A stretch of 64,000 bases of DNA from a virus, in the IMG/VR virus record IMGVR_UViG_3300028585_000019, positions 26,975 through 90,974 of that record; one strand, given 5' to 3'. The notes under the pieces are model-generated. The model did no database searches, was not told the origin of the DNA, and saw nothing but the letters and a program-made list of their open reading frames with translations. Position 1 is the first letter of the stretch. Every line of letters begins with the position of its first letter. Made by a program: the position numbers and the translations under genes. Positions 32,355 through 42,297 of the stretch are shown piece after piece.

Positions 32355-34124
32355 TTAGCTAAACTCGTACCAAGTTTCGATATTATCTTTTATTACACCA
32401 CCGTCGCCTGTTATCTGATAACGCCAGCCAGCAGGAACGTATAGGGTAAGCGTTAACCACCGAGAGTTGGTGGTGTTTTGTGCACCACTTCGGATTACAA
32501 AATTAGACGCACTGGCATTAGGCAAGTCGTTAATTAGTGATCGAAGATAGAAAGAAGCAGATGTTGTCTGCTTAGAGCGTAAATGTACTATCATTTCGTT
32601 TTTACTGGTGTTAGTTACCCAGTTACCGATAGAACGTGAAGCAAGCACATCACGGTAGATACGGGCACTTTGAGGGAGAAATGTTGGCAGGTTCACCAAA
32701 GGCACTTTCCGACTGCTGTCCAATGGCGCTACGCCACTTGCTGTGTCTTTCTCACTATAAGGAATACCAGCCGTAGCTGCCTTAGCTTCTAGTTCAGTAA
32801 GTCGGGTATTTTGGACAACATCCAGACTATCAATCCTTACAATAGCAGAGTCTGTATCTACTTGTTGGGCTTCTAGTGAGATAACCTTGTTATTGACGTT
32901 GGTAAGAGATGTACCTGAAGCTTCTACGGCACTGAGTCTACTATCTAAAACGACAGAGTTTTCAGCAGCCCTATCACCCTTCTCATTAGCAAAAGCAGCC
33001 AAGCTTTCAACGTTAGTGAGTCTTGTTAGCTGTGCCGAAGTTAGCCCTAAAGGTGGTAGCTGACTAGTGAGAACCTTACCGTCTGCACCAAGAGTTGCAA
33101 CACCACTAACAATCCCCAATTCACTACGCTTAACTACAGTTGTATCTGAGGTCTTTAGAAAGTCTGCTGCATTACCCGCTACATAGTTCTGAGAGATTTC
33201 TGTGCGCAAAGCTCCAACAAACGCCTCTACACTCTCAGGGGTAGCTTTAACATCCCAGCGGGAACGATCTGTAGGACTTACATACCCACGTTCAGCAGTA
33301 GGAGTTACCATTGCAGTTGTGTAGTCTCCGGGAGCTGGTGAAACAACTCCTGTACGACTGTTAAAGGATGTAATACCAGATACTTGGGTATTGGTGAGTG
33401 GCTGCCAGTTAGAAGATAGTGAAGGATCAGCACCAGCTCCTAAGATGTACCCAACACCATTGTCTTGTTGGTAGGCAATAGTAATATCTGAGTGCTCTGT
33501 AAGGGTGAGTCTTTGAGTAGCATCTTCTACAGTAACCTTACGTCCAGTAGGGAGTTCTGGAAGCTGTGATAAAGGGATCTTACCATCTTCTAAGTCAGCC
33601 TTTTCAGAGAGTTTATTGGTGAGGTCTTTAAGGCCACCTGCTGCATTACCTGTCACCATATCTTCAAGACTTTCAATTGCAGCATCTTGGAAACTGTTTA
33701 CAGACTCTGTAGTTTGAACTCTAGACAACAGAGATGCATTACTCTCAAGAAGACTGTTGACACTTGTATCAACACTAGATAATTGATTCTTAATGCTTAA
33801 TTGAGCTGTGTTAAGTTGATCAATAGCTGTGTCAGCCAATTCAAGTTCTTCTTCTACACTACGAAGAGTGTTAGAGTTTCTACCAATATTTTGTTCAGCG
33901 TTGGTGAGTCTTGCCTTCATAAGATCTGTAACTTGATCAAGATCTTCTAGGTGAATGCCTTGCTCTGCTGCAATATCTTGAAGTTGAGCAAGCCTTAATG
34001 CTACAGCAGGGCTTCCTGGCTCATCACCACCCAACAGAGCATCAAACATTCCTTGTTTGACACAAGCAATAACACCAATCCTTGCGAGGGCTGTGATTAA
34101 CTCTGCTCTTTTTAGTTCATTCAT
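32355..34124 (-). CDS. fibre-like structural protein outside the morphogenesis operon
   Basis: Coiled coils; GITSFNSRTG; repeats DGKIPLSQLP, VATLGADGKVLTSQLP and VAPLDSSRKVP; C-terminal VPAGWRY beta domain. Confidence 0.7.
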   Translation of the reverse strand: MNELKRAELITALARIGVIACVKQGMFDALLGGDEPGSPAVALRLAQLQDIAAEQGIHLEDLDQVTDLMKARLTNAEQNIGRNSNTLRSVEEELELADTAIDQLNTAQLSIKNQLSSVDTSVNSLLESNASLLSRVQTTESVNSFQDAAIESLEDMVTGNAAGGLKDLTNKLSEKADLEDGKIPLSQLPELPTGRKVTVEDATQRLTLTEHSDITIAYQQDNGVGYILGAGADPSLSSNWQPLTNTQVSGITSFNSRTGVVSPAPGDYTTAMVTPTAERGYVSPTDRSRWDVKATPESVEAFVGALRTEISQNYVAGNAADFLKTSDTTVVKRSELGIVSGVATLGADGKVLTSQLPPLGLTSAQLTRLTNVESLAAFANEKGDRAAENSVVLDSRLSAVEASGTSLTNVNNKVISLEAQQVDTDSAIVRIDSLDVVQNTRLTELEAKAATAGIPYSEKDTASGVAPLDSSRKVPLVNLPTFLPQSARIYRDVLASRSIGNWVTNTSKNEMIVHLRSKQTTSASFYLRSLINDLPNASASNFVIRSGAQNTTNSRWLTLTLYVPAGWRYQITGDGGVIKDNIETWYEFS

Positions 34125-34160
34125 TGAATTATCCTTGTTTTATAAGTACGTTGTATATTC

Positions 34161-34189
34161 ATTATACACGATTTATACAAGTTTGTCTA
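34161..34189 (-). promoter_or_regulatory. promoter of the orphan fibre gene
   Basis: TAGACA-17-TATAAT with TG extension. Confidence 0.65.
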
Positions 34190-34201
34190 TTGTATAGGTA
34201 T

Positions 34202-34225
34202 AAAAATGCCCCGAATTAACGGGGC
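34202..34225 (-). terminator. terminator after nrdA
   Basis: GCCCCG/CGGGGC stem followed by a T-run on the minus strand. Confidence 0.7.
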
Positions 34226-34232
34226 TACAAAA

Positions 34233-35966
34233 TCATTGACACATTTCACAAGACTCTACACGAGAAATTTCACCAGCACCACGCATGGAATAGATGTAAT
34301 ACAAAGATAGAATCCCTTCATCCTTGAACGCCATCTTATGGATCTTACCAATATATTCCTCACTATCATTGCTTGTAAAATAGAGGTTGATAGATTGCGC
34401 TTGATCAATATACTTCTGTCGTTGGGAGCAAAGACGCAGATAGTCCTCCATCGGAACTTCAAAGCCAGTCAGAAGTGCTGCTTTCTCTTCAGCATCCAAC
34501 CAATCTACTTTTTGTACACTACCTTTGTTAGCAATCACTTCTCGAACACATTGATCAAAATCCAAACCCTTCTCTTTAATCCACTTAACAAGAACCTTGT
34601 TCACTCGGAAGAACTCACCGCCCGCCGACTGTTTAGTAAATGCCATTGCTGTGTCCAAACCGATTCCCTCTGAACCACCACCCATCAACTCTACACTAGA
34701 CTTTGTTGGAGGCATCATCAGTCGTGTAGCGTTACGAATGCCCAAGCCCTCACAACCAAGGGGTTCACCCAACACTCCAGCCAACCACTTAGACGCTTGC
34801 AGAGACTCTTCATCAAGGTGCTTAAAGATCCTGTTATTCAGGAACATACAATCCAAGGACGAAACATTAATCTTCTTCTGTTGCATCAGCGTATGCCATG
34901 CAAGAACACCGCTACCAAGAGCACGGAACTCTTTAGTGAATCGGTAAATCTTCTGCATCGCCTGCTTGTCCATAGGAGTCATTTCATCCATCGTCGCAAG
35001 GTATTCACTGATATTGCAGTCTGCCATTACCTGCCCAATGAACACTAACTTCTCTGGCCAGCTCTCCCACAACTCAAGATTGTAGTTCAGGATTACACAA
35101 CTAAAGGTATAATTCTCATCAGAGGGCAGACACGTCTCTTGACATAAGTTTGACGCTTTTACTGTCATACCTTTACGCTTAAAAGCGTTAGCCAAGTGAC
35201 GATTCATTTTAGAGATGAATGTGAAATACCCTTTACCTCGAGGAAGCTTTACACCCAACATCTTACCGAACTTTTCTTCGGTTTCAGGCTCCTCTTCATC
35301 CATTTTACGATTAAAGTCATCATCAATCAGCCAACCACAGTTGTTTGATTCTGTCCGCTCGTAAAGATGCTTCAATACCTTTTCAAAGTCACCGTGCTGT
35401 GGGCGTAGACTATAAGCCAAACTACCTCGACGGCTACCCTGTGTGGTTTCCTCCATTGCACCAACAAAATCACGAATGATGGGCATAACACCCAGAGAAC
35501 GTCCTCCTCGCTTCAACTTATCACCCTCAGCAGGCCAATGATCAACTGAGTAACTTGTACCATGACTGTGCTTAGTAAGGATGGCCGCTTCTGTAACTGC
35601 ATTGTAACGGTCAAACAGGTTATTACCTACATAACCCCCTGCACAACTCACTGTAGTACCCCGGAAACGCAGCCCGCCGTTGGCTAACAAGGGTGTGGAA
35701 CAGCTTACATAGCCGTCCCATAGAACATTAAAGAAAATATCCTCCCACGTTTTACCACAAGTATATGTATTCTCATCCCACCAAGCCGGATAAGTCTTAG
35801 GTGCATGTTGGCTCAAAGCTTTTGCAACTGTTGTAAACCTAGACTTAACTGATTCATTTTGATAGCTGTATTTTTCATAGAACAGCTGAGTTGCACCTGT
35901 TGTATACCAGTGCGGAATCTCTCCCTTGTTTTGCAAATCTTTACGCAGCGCTGAATAATCAATCAT
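34233..35966 (-). CDS. nrdA: ribonucleotide reductase class I alpha subunit (no ATP cone)
   Basis: STP.LAN, VSC, QGSRRG, SNLCQE, PT.S, QKYIDQAQS.N, LYY and C-terminal CEMCQ. Confidence 0.93.
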   Translation of the reverse strand: MIDYSALRKDLQNKGEIPHWYTTGATQLFYEKYSYQNESVKSRFTTVAKALSQHAPKTYPAWWDENTYTCGKTWEDIFFNVLWDGYVSCSTPLLANGGLRFRGTTVSCAGGYVGNNLFDRYNAVTEAAILTKHSHGTSYSVDHWPAEGDKLKRGGRSLGVMPIIRDFVGAMEETTQGSRRGSLAYSLRPQHGDFEKVLKHLYERTESNNCGWLIDDDFNRKMDEEEPETEEKFGKMLGVKLPRGKGYFTFISKMNRHLANAFKRKGMTVKASNLCQETCLPSDENYTFSCVILNYNLELWESWPEKLVFIGQVMADCNISEYLATMDEMTPMDKQAMQKIYRFTKEFRALGSGVLAWHTLMQQKKINVSSLDCMFLNNRIFKHLDEESLQASKWLAGVLGEPLGCEGLGIRNATRLMMPPTKSSVELMGGGSEGIGLDTAMAFTKQSAGGEFFRVNKVLVKWIKEKGLDFDQCVREVIANKGSVQKVDWLDAEEKAALLTGFEVPMEDYLRLCSQRQKYIDQAQSINLYFTSNDSEEYIGKIHKMAFKDEGILSLYYIYSMRGAGEISRVESCEMCQ

Positions 35967-36949
35967 TAATTTTCTTTCCATCCCCGTACAAAACCATATT
36001 CATCCCAAGAGCTTTCATATTCCATCCCCATACCGGGTGTGAAGAAATCCACTACCTTATACGCATAGGTATTAAGCTCAAACCAATCTGTAATCGAACA
36101 CTCACCTACTACGAAGCGATCTGGTAACCCAAGACGATTGAGGTAAACATTCAAACGCTTCTTTACAAACTCTTTATATTCTTGCTTAGGAACGCTGTTG
36201 AATGTATCACCCGGAATTGCGATATCAATGATACGAGATTCATGTTCATAAGCATAATCAACTGCTGTCAAAACCTGATCGTACCGAATCTTATCATCCT
36301 TCAGAGTAGTACCAAGCTCATTGTAATAAGTGTTGATAATCTCAGCACTAATAATACCATGAAGGTCTTCGTCGATGGCGCTCTGATTGGTACCTCGTGC
36401 AATTACAGGGATCATATTATAGCCATTACTCTGAAAACTTTTGAGGATTGCAAAACTACTAAATAGAATTGCAGTCTCGATCATTGAGAAAATGATTACC
36501 CCCAAGATCTCATCTTCACTAGTAAGCAATTGACCAATCCAATCAGCCCGCTCTTTCAGTTCAGGGTCTTTAGTGTAAGCTAGATAATGCTCATCATTAT
36601 CTAGACCTAATTGCTGGTTAGGTTGATTGTAAAATTCAGCATGTACTGCCCGCTCAATCATCTCAACTACACTAGCAGCCAATTTGACTTCTGGTCGTGG
36701 AAAAATCTCAGCAATCTTTTTCCACATGTCGCCAACACTAAGCTCATAACGAACAAAGAAAGTCAAAACAGTCTTGACAGCATGTAGTTGTTCTGGACTT
36801 AGCTCATAAAGTAATTGCATGCGATCTAGCTCTACTTTCATCTCTGAGCTAAACCATAACTGCTCTTCAAGCTGTTTGTTAGCAAGCTCCACAATGCGAG
36901 GGTAATACCGGGTGTAGCTGTCTGTTGGTGTTTGAATTCTTGTTAGCAC
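35966..36949 (-). CDS. nrdB: ribonucleotide reductase class I beta subunit
   Basis: W..SE, E..VH..FY, IE...LFSSF, DEDLH and DFF motifs. Confidence 0.92.
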   Translation of the reverse strand: MLTRIQTPTDSYTRYYPRIVELANKQLEEQLWFSSEMKVELDRMQLLYELSPEQLHAVKTVLTFFVRYELSVGDMWKKIAEIFPRPEVKLAASVVEMIERAVHAEFYNQPNQQLGLDNDEHYLAYTKDPELKERADWIGQLLTSEDEILGVIIFSMIETAILFSSFAILKSFQSNGYNMIPVIARGTNQSAIDEDLHGIISAEIINTYYNELGTTLKDDKIRYDQVLTAVDYAYEHESRIIDIAIPGDTFNSVPKQEYKEFVKKRLNVYLNRLGLPDRFVVGECSITDWFELNTYAYKVVDFFTPGMGMEYESSWDEYGFVRGWKEN

Positions 36950-36958
36950 ATCATATCC

Positions 36959-37207
36959 TTATTCAATAATCTCAATAATACGTTTAATAGCTTCTTGGCT
37001 ACTACCTACAACAGAATCTTTAACAATACCATCCTGATAGAACACTGTAACCGGAATACCCCGAATACCAAGTTGTTGTGCTTCTTCCATAACATCACTA
37101 TTCATAATATCTTTTACTTCAAAGTTGATGCCTTTCTCGGTGAGGAGGTTCTTGACAACTTTACAACCAGCACAATCGTCAGCACTAAATACAGCAATTT
37201 GCATCAT
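36959..37207 (-). CDS. glutaredoxin/thioredoxin-like protein
   Basis: CAGC active site; GIRGIP; adjacent to nrdB. Confidence 0.85.
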   Translation of the reverse strand: MMQIAVFSADDCAGCKVVKNLLTEKGINFEVKDIMNSDVMEEAQQLGIRGIPVTVFYQDGIVKDSVVGSSQEAIKRIIEIIE

Positions 37208-37656
37208 TCACCCTCCTTATTACTTTTCTCTTTCTCAGCCATATTCTTCATCATTTTCTGATGAATGCTAAGACGTTCTTGGATAATGTCATTCAAACTA
37301 ACACCGCTGTTCAAAGACTCTCTCATCCCAGCCCTAGTGAAGCTTGAAGGGTGGTCTCTGCAAATATCTTCAACGCAACGATATGGTTCAAACTCTTTAT
37401 CACAACGCTCTTTAAATCTTACTAAAGGCCCAAAGTCCATCTTACGTTGATTACGTTCTGTACGTGGAACATGAAGAGCTTGTTCAACCACGTAGCCAAA
37501 ATTTAAATCTGCTCCATTAGTATACAGAATCTTCTCAAACAATTCTTTGTCTTGTCCTTTCCAAGCCTTTTCCCAATCATCTAGCTTTTCTAGGTCGCAA
37601 AAACTGAGGTACTGATTGTGGTAAAGTTTTAGTGTACTGTCTTGTTCTTCTTTCAT
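37204..37656 (-). CDS. hypothetical protein
   Basis: 150-aa ORF with 4-bp overlaps to both neighbours. Confidence 0.7.
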   Translation of the reverse strand: MKEEQDSTLKLYHNQYLSFCDLEKLDDWEKAWKGQDKELFEKILYTNGADLNFGYVVEQALHVPRTERNQRKMDFGPLVRFKERCDKEFEPYRCVEDICRDHPSSFTRAGMRESLNSGVSLNDIIQERLSIHQKMMKNMAEKEKSNKEGE

Positions 37657-38321
37657 ACCTTCATATGCTCCATTAAGGCGGCCCAGCTTACAGGATAAAG
37701 CGGAGCTACAACTTCTTCAATCATCTTAGCAAGCTCTTGTGCTTCAACTTGTGCATGCTCTTCTGTACGAAGTTTAACAATACGGGCAAAGGCTACAAGA
37801 GAACCTGTCCACATCCAGTTTGTCATAGTATTTTGAGGAAGAATCATCCTGGCCATCTCCGGCGCAAGTCCATCTCCAATCATTGAACTGTATGCGCCCA
37901 GTGTTTCAGTCACCAGGAAATTAAAAGATTCATCAATCCATTCGCAGCCTTCAAAATCGACAACACTACCACTACCCTGCTTTACACTCTTTGGACGTGT
38001 TCGCCACTCTCTAGGTTTATAAAACTCAGGGGTATCATCAATATAACGACGACTCTCTTCATTCCAAACAAGGCCAATCTGATGCTTGACAAATTGACGT
38101 GCCATAAAGATTGGGGCTTTAACTCGAATGGTTAGGCTAGTATGGGCCAGCGGACTCCAATGGTTGTGTTTAGCAAGGTAGTTAATAAGTTTTGTATCTT
38201 TCTCAAGATCAAACTCTTTCACTTCTTTTGCAAAGGAGCAACGTGCTGCGTTAACAACGTTTACATCGGAGCCCATATGACATACATAGTCTACTTGCAT
38301 CGGTACAAAACTAACTTTCAT
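37653..38321 (-). CDS. thyX: flavin-dependent thymidylate synthase
   Basis: VNAAR.SF, HWSP, ARQFVKH, NEESRRY, EMARMILPQ and HAQ.E motifs. Confidence 0.95.
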   Translation of the reverse strand: MKVSFVPMQVDYVCHMGSDVNVVNAARCSFAKEVKEFDLEKDTKLINYLAKHNHWSPLAHTSLTIRVKAPIFMARQFVKHQIGLVWNEESRRYIDDTPEFYKPREWRTRPKSVKQGSGSVVDFEGCEWIDESFNFLVTETLGAYSSMIGDGLAPEMARMILPQNTMTNWMWTGSLVAFARIVKLRTEEHAQVEAQELAKMIEEVVAPLYPVSWAALMEHMKV

Positions 38322-38352
38322 CTTCTCTCCTTTTATCTTTACTAGGAAGAAC

Positions 38353-38381
38353 ATTATAGCAGTATTCTTCCTAGTTTGCAA
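38353..38381 (-). promoter_or_regulatory. thyX promoter, flanked by an 11-bp inverted repeat
   Basis: TTGCAA-17-TATAAT; arms ACTAGGAAGAA (38341-51) and TTCTTCCTAGT (38365-75). Confidence 0.7.
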
Positions 38382-38391
38382 TGATTATTTG

Positions 38392-38865
38392 TTATTTATT
38401 TTCAGCTAATGCTTCAGCTTTAAGCGCTGCATAGCTAATACAATCCTCAGCACTATCAGCGTGGTAGCTATCTCGATTCTGATTCTGACGAACGTCTTTA
38501 AGAATTTGTAAAATTAGCCAGCCGTCTGACTCTTTAAGGGAGTGTCCGGTAATAGCATTAAACGCTGTCACAGTACGCCCCATAGAACGTTCACCTTCTG
38601 GTTGGTCATAATCCTTACCACGTTCCTCAAGAAGATTCAAAGCTTTACTAAGAAACTCTGTTGCTTTCTTTGGGCAATTATTTACAAACTCGTCTACTGG
38701 ATTCTTGTTTAATACCAAGCAGAAGTCAGATGGTTCAAGGCTCCAAAGTCTCCCATTAGCTTGAAATTTAGCTTCACCATTTGGCATAATATTGGCTTCA
38801 GTTCTATAACCCGGAGGAAGCCCCATATACTCAAAGTTGTTAGTTAATACTTTAATGTTTGTCAT
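38392..38865 (-). CDS. DUF6378-like (T7 gp1.7-related) nucleotide metabolism protein
   Basis: ERGKDYD...ERSM...LK.VR...H.DS.ED..SYAAL. Confidence 0.7.
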   Translation of the reverse strand: MTNIKVLTNNFEYMGLPPGYRTEANIMPNGEAKFQANGRLWSLEPSDFCLVLNKNPVDEFVNNCPKKATEFLSKALNLLEERGKDYDQPEGERSMGRTVTAFNAITGHSLKESDGWLILQILKDVRQNQNRDSYHADSAEDCISYAALKAEALAENK

Positions 38866-38883
38866 CTTTCTCTCCTTTACTTA

Positions 38884-39252
38884 TTAAGCCTTCTTACCAC
38901 CTTCTTTCATTCGGTTCTCAATCTTATGATCTTCACGTCGAGCATTATACAACAGCTTCTCCTCAATAGCACCTTCAACATCCCAACCTTCATGACCAGC
39001 AAGATCCAGCAAGCGAATAATAGCATCAGCTACTTCAACCTCAGCCATTGGTCGGTGAGGTAACTTATCATCCATCAAGCCCTTACGTACACCTTCCAAA
39101 GCTTCACTTACCTCGGAATGTACCAAAGCAAGTTTTGCTAGGATTTCGGTCACATCGCCTTTAGGTTTAATTTGACCCGTTTGAAAATTAGTCCACCAGC
39201 CAGCTTTGATATTACCTTGATAAATCCGATCTTGCAACTCTTGAATATACAT
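38884..39252 (-). CDS. MazG-like NTP pyrophosphohydrolase
   Basis: LVHSEVSEALE, EVE.ADAIIR.LD and K..YN..R motifs. Confidence 0.85.
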   Translation of the reverse strand: MYIQELQDRIYQGNIKAGWWTNFQTGQIKPKGDVTEILAKLALVHSEVSEALEGVRKGLMDDKLPHRPMAEVEVADAIIRLLDLAGHEGWDVEGAIEEKLLYNARREDHKIENRMKEGGKKA

Positions 39253-39253
39253 A

Positions 39254-39463
39254 TTAATTTGCTCCTTGTTTGTTAAAGTATCTGCGAATTGTATAGCCAC
39301 GTCCAATACTCCAAATCGTACACAAGATTGTGCTAGACGTAGCAATAGCTGTTGGTGTTGTAAAGAAACTCAAGCATACCATCATCAGAAGCCAACTGCC
39401 AGCCATTCCCACGAATGTGTTTGTAAGAGTTTCTTTTAGAGATTGCCTTTTAGTTTGGGACAT
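39254..39463 (-). CDS. small 2-TM phage membrane protein
   Basis: MSQTKRQSL.E...N...G and S..RGY.IRR.FN family signature. Confidence 0.75.
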   Translation of the reverse strand: MSQTKRQSLKETLTNTFVGMAGSWLLMMVCLSFFTTPTAIATSSTILCTIWSIGRGYTIRRYFNKQGAN

Positions 39464-39475
39464 GATTGTTTTCCA

Positions 39476-39946
39476 TTAGTTATCTTTAATAAACCCGAAA
39501 AGTTCCAGTTCCTTATCTTCTCGGGCCTTCTTTGCTTGTTCAAAAGTAGGAAAAGTTCCAAGGTGTAGTCTTTTCTTATCAAACATAATAGAAGCTTGGA
39601 AACCTTCACCGCTCTTTAATTCAAACACGCCAGTCTTCCCTGATTTGTTATTCCTTAAACCAGAACGATTGTGATTTTGTTGGCTATGCGTAGCCCAACG
39701 CACATTGCCTGGCTCGTAGTTTCCTTCTTTATTCGGGTAACGGTCAAGAGACATACCTTCAGGGCAAGGTCCCATGTACTCTAGAAAGGATTCAAAACTT
39801 TCAAACCAGTCTTCAAACACACGGACACCTTTAGCACCATACCTCGGATAATCTTTACAATTAAAATCATAACACCGTTGTCGCATCCCACACCAAATAT
39901 TGTGTTCTCTAGTTCTGGTAAGCCCATGTGTTGCTGTAAAACTCAT
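39476..39946 (-). CDS. HNH homing endonuclease with AP2-like domain
   Basis: W.GMRQRC, YGAKG, SLDRYPNKEGNYEPGNVRWAT, SGKTGV. Confidence 0.88.
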   Translation of the reverse strand: MSFTATHGLTRTREHNIWCGMRQRCYDFNCKDYPRYGAKGVRVFEDWFESFESFLEYMGPCPEGMSLDRYPNKEGNYEPGNVRWATHSQQNHNRSGLRNNKSGKTGVFELKSGEGFQASIMFDKKRLHLGTFPTFEQAKKAREDKELELFGFIKDN

Positions 39947-40728
39947 GTCTTTTCCAAACCTTTACTGTATTTTTCCATAATATAATCCAAACTAACAAAC
40001 ATTGGGCAACCGAAACCATCTTTCACTTCGTGAAGAACAGTCAAACCACGGAAGTGGAAGTTACCCTGGAACCCTTTGTAGGGTTCGTCAAAAGGATAGC
40101 ACGCACCGTTGATAATGCCAATCTGCATCTGACCATCAAGCGTTGGTCGAATAGCACAATCAAGCAGTTGCTTATGTCCAACAACAAAACTTTTACCTAC
40201 GTTCTTTAGTTGATTCAGTGCATTACCGCCGTATGGCTTACCTGTAAACGGGTTAGCGAGGTAATGTACATAATTAATACCATCCACAATTGCAGGTTTA
40301 AGATAGGGATAAACCTCCCAACCGTAATTACTCAAGTTAAGCTCTTCCACGCCAACAAAACCTTCAAACTCAGGGTTGTCGTTAGCAAAGCGATCAGCTC
40401 GGGCTTCATGGTTACCAATGCAGAACACCATACGCGGTGAATAAACTTTCTTCCGATTGTTACGTTGACGCTCTTGGAGTTCTTTCAGGGGTTTAAGAAG
40501 AAGCTCCATCCCCTTGTGTCCCGCCTCAAGGTCAGCCACTAGACGACGACCCTCAAAGCTTTTCTTGCCTCGGTCATAACTAGAAAGACTTTCAAAATCG
40601 AAGTGGTCTCCTATGTGTACAATAACATCCGGTTTCTTAGAAATGATATACTCACCGATAGCTGCAAGATAGTCCATCTTGTGACCCGGTTTTACCTGTG
40701 TATCTGCGATAATAAGATGTTTAGTCAC
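39943..40728 (-). CDS. calcineurin-like metallophosphoesterase
   Basis: IADTQ, GDHFD, GNHE and GHKQ motifs. Confidence 0.85.
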   Translation of the reverse strand: MTKHLIIADTQVKPGHKMDYLAAIGEYIISKKPDVIVHIGDHFDFESLSSYDRGKKSFEGRRLVADLEAGHKGMELLLKPLKELQERQRNNRKKVYSPRMVFCIGNHEARADRFANDNPEFEGFVGVEELNLSNYGWEVYPYLKPAIVDGINYVHYLANPFTGKPYGGNALNQLKNVGKSFVVGHKQLLDCAIRPTLDGQMQIGIINGACYPFDEPYKGFQGNFHFRGLTVLHEVKDGFGCPMFVSLDYIMEKYSKGLEKT

Positions 40729-40830
40729 TCTACTCTCCTCTATTAAATTAAACAAGAATCATCCATTGTGTAACAATGAATACCTGAACAAGCTCTGCTA
40801 CAGTTTTCATATACAGATATGTGAATACGT

Positions 40831-41019
40831 TCATTCCTCTTCCTCCTCATTAACAACAGCTTCCCATTCATCCTTATGAAGTAGTGTTACATCACCATAA
40901 TCAAGCAATACAATAACACCACCATCTTCATCAAACGAATAAACTTCATAAATACCTTGTTCAAACAACCCAGCGTCAGGATCATCGATAAGGCATTTTA
41001 CGCGTGTAATGTCACTCAT
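40831..41019 (-). CDS. hypothetical protein
   Basis: 62 aa, AAGGAG RBS. Confidence 0.6.
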   Translation of the reverse strand: MSDITRVKCLIDDPDAGLFEQGIYEVYSFDEDGGVIVLLDYGDVTLLHKDEWEAVVNEEEEE

Positions 41020-41028
41020 ATATACTCC

Positions 41029-41214
41029 TTAAAATGATGGGTCAGTGAAGGTGTAGTTAGTAGGACTGTCGCTTCTATATTCCTCAAATGTATTATTAAA
41101 CTCTGCCCAGTAATCATCTTCTCCATTTAGAAGCATTTCATTGAAAGTGCTTTCCATGTCTTCAGGAATCAAATACCAATGTCCATCATCGTCTCGTGAA
41201 AATTTATAACGCAT
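41029..41214 (-). CDS. hypothetical protein
   Basis: 61 aa; RDDDGHWYLIP motif; GAGGAG RBS. Confidence 0.65.
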   Translation of the reverse strand: MRYKFSRDDDGHWYLIPEDMESTFNEMLLNGEDDYWAEFNNTFEEYRSDSPTNYTFTDPSF

Positions 41215-41776
41215 TTTGCTTCTCCTCAGCAGGCTTGCCCTGCTCCTTAGTTAGTATATCAATTAACTGTTGCTTTCTCTTAGCTTGATTTGAAGCTGGA
41301 GTGTAGCCCTTATTTCTGATGAAGTCAATATCTTGTTTATTCTTTTGCAATGCGATAATTTGTTTTTGGATTAAGGCTTGCTCAAAAGAGATTCCCATTC
41401 TTTCAGACAAGGCAAGTGCATTATTGCAGTTTTTACAGCAGCACCGCAAGTCTTCCTCACGAACATACAGCAACCTCTCAACAAACCCTTGAATATCCTC
41501 TGTCTTATTAAGCTGCCCTGCCGGGACAATGTGGTCCACTTGGATATCCTTAATCACAAAATCATTACCACACATAGCACAAGTGGCTCCCCACACCGTT
41601 GCTTTATTCCCTCTAGGGTTTGGATTAGGAATTTGCTTTCTCATCTTCTTCAACAGATTTAATTTGCTAGGATGGCGTGACCAGGCCTTACGTAAACATC
41701 CACGAAGATATGTGAAAAAGGCTGTACTTGTTGACCAGGGAGTTCCTTCTCCCCACGGCTCTTTGTACCGACTCAT
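41204..41776 (-). CDS. HNH-type endonuclease of the replication module
   Basis: LR..LRKAWSRHP, CAMCG, VDHIVP, LRCCCKNCN. Confidence 0.78.
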   Translation of the reverse strand: MSRYKEPWGEGTPWSTSTAFFTYLRGCLRKAWSRHPSKLNLLKKMRKQIPNPNPRGNKATVWGATCAMCGNDFVIKDIQVDHIVPAGQLNKTEDIQGFVERLLYVREEDLRCCCKNCNNALALSERMGISFEQALIQKQIIALQKNKQDIDFIRNKGYTPASNQAKRKQQLIDILTKEQGKPAEEKQNAL

Positions 41777-41939
41777 GATGCACATACCATCACCGGCACT
41801 TCAATGCCTAACTCAGCACAGGTCATTTCCAACTCTGCTTGCGCTTCCTTCCACTCTCTTAAGGCTTCTTGAGTACGCTTTCTAGATTCTTCCATTTGTT
41901 CAGGGGTTAACTCTGGCCTCTTAAATTTCAAAGTTGTAA

Positions 41940-42287
41940 TCATTCAAACTCCGGTTTAAAAGGAGCGGTGCGTTGCTTTGTGATGGTATGTGCTGGAATA
42001 ATCTTCTCAGGAACAAGTTCTTCATATTCCTCTACTTTGCAATAATCAATAGAGTTCCACTCAGTACCACAACTGTCATCCCAAGTTCCGTTCAGATTTA
42101 CACAAACATTTAGTAGCTGTGAAGCGTCAACACCTTCATCTTTGAATTCATCAATATGTTCTTGAGTGAATGTAAGAGAAGACCAGCAATAAAAAGATGA
42201 ATATTTACGATGTTCCTTGTCAAAATCCCCTACTTCAGACACATAATCTTTAATTTCTTCTTCGGTAATTTTACGCAGATTAGTCAT
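41940..42287 (-). CDS. hypothetical protein
   Basis: 115 aa, AGGAG RBS. Confidence 0.65.
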   Translation of the reverse strand: MTNLRKITEEEIKDYVSEVGDFDKEHRKYSSFYCWSSLTFTQEHIDEFKDEGVDASQLLNVCVNLNGTWDDSCGTEWNSIDYCKVEEYEELVPEKIIPAHTITKQRTAPFKPEFE

Positions 42288-42297
42288 TTTGTTTCTC

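Noticed and set aside
38322-38381. Longer N-terminal extensions given by the ORF track (thyX to 38381, MazG to 39345, 54147 gene to 54641, HNH to 32010)
   Set aside because: The extensions overlap promoters or neighbouring genes; downstream starts have clear RBSs.
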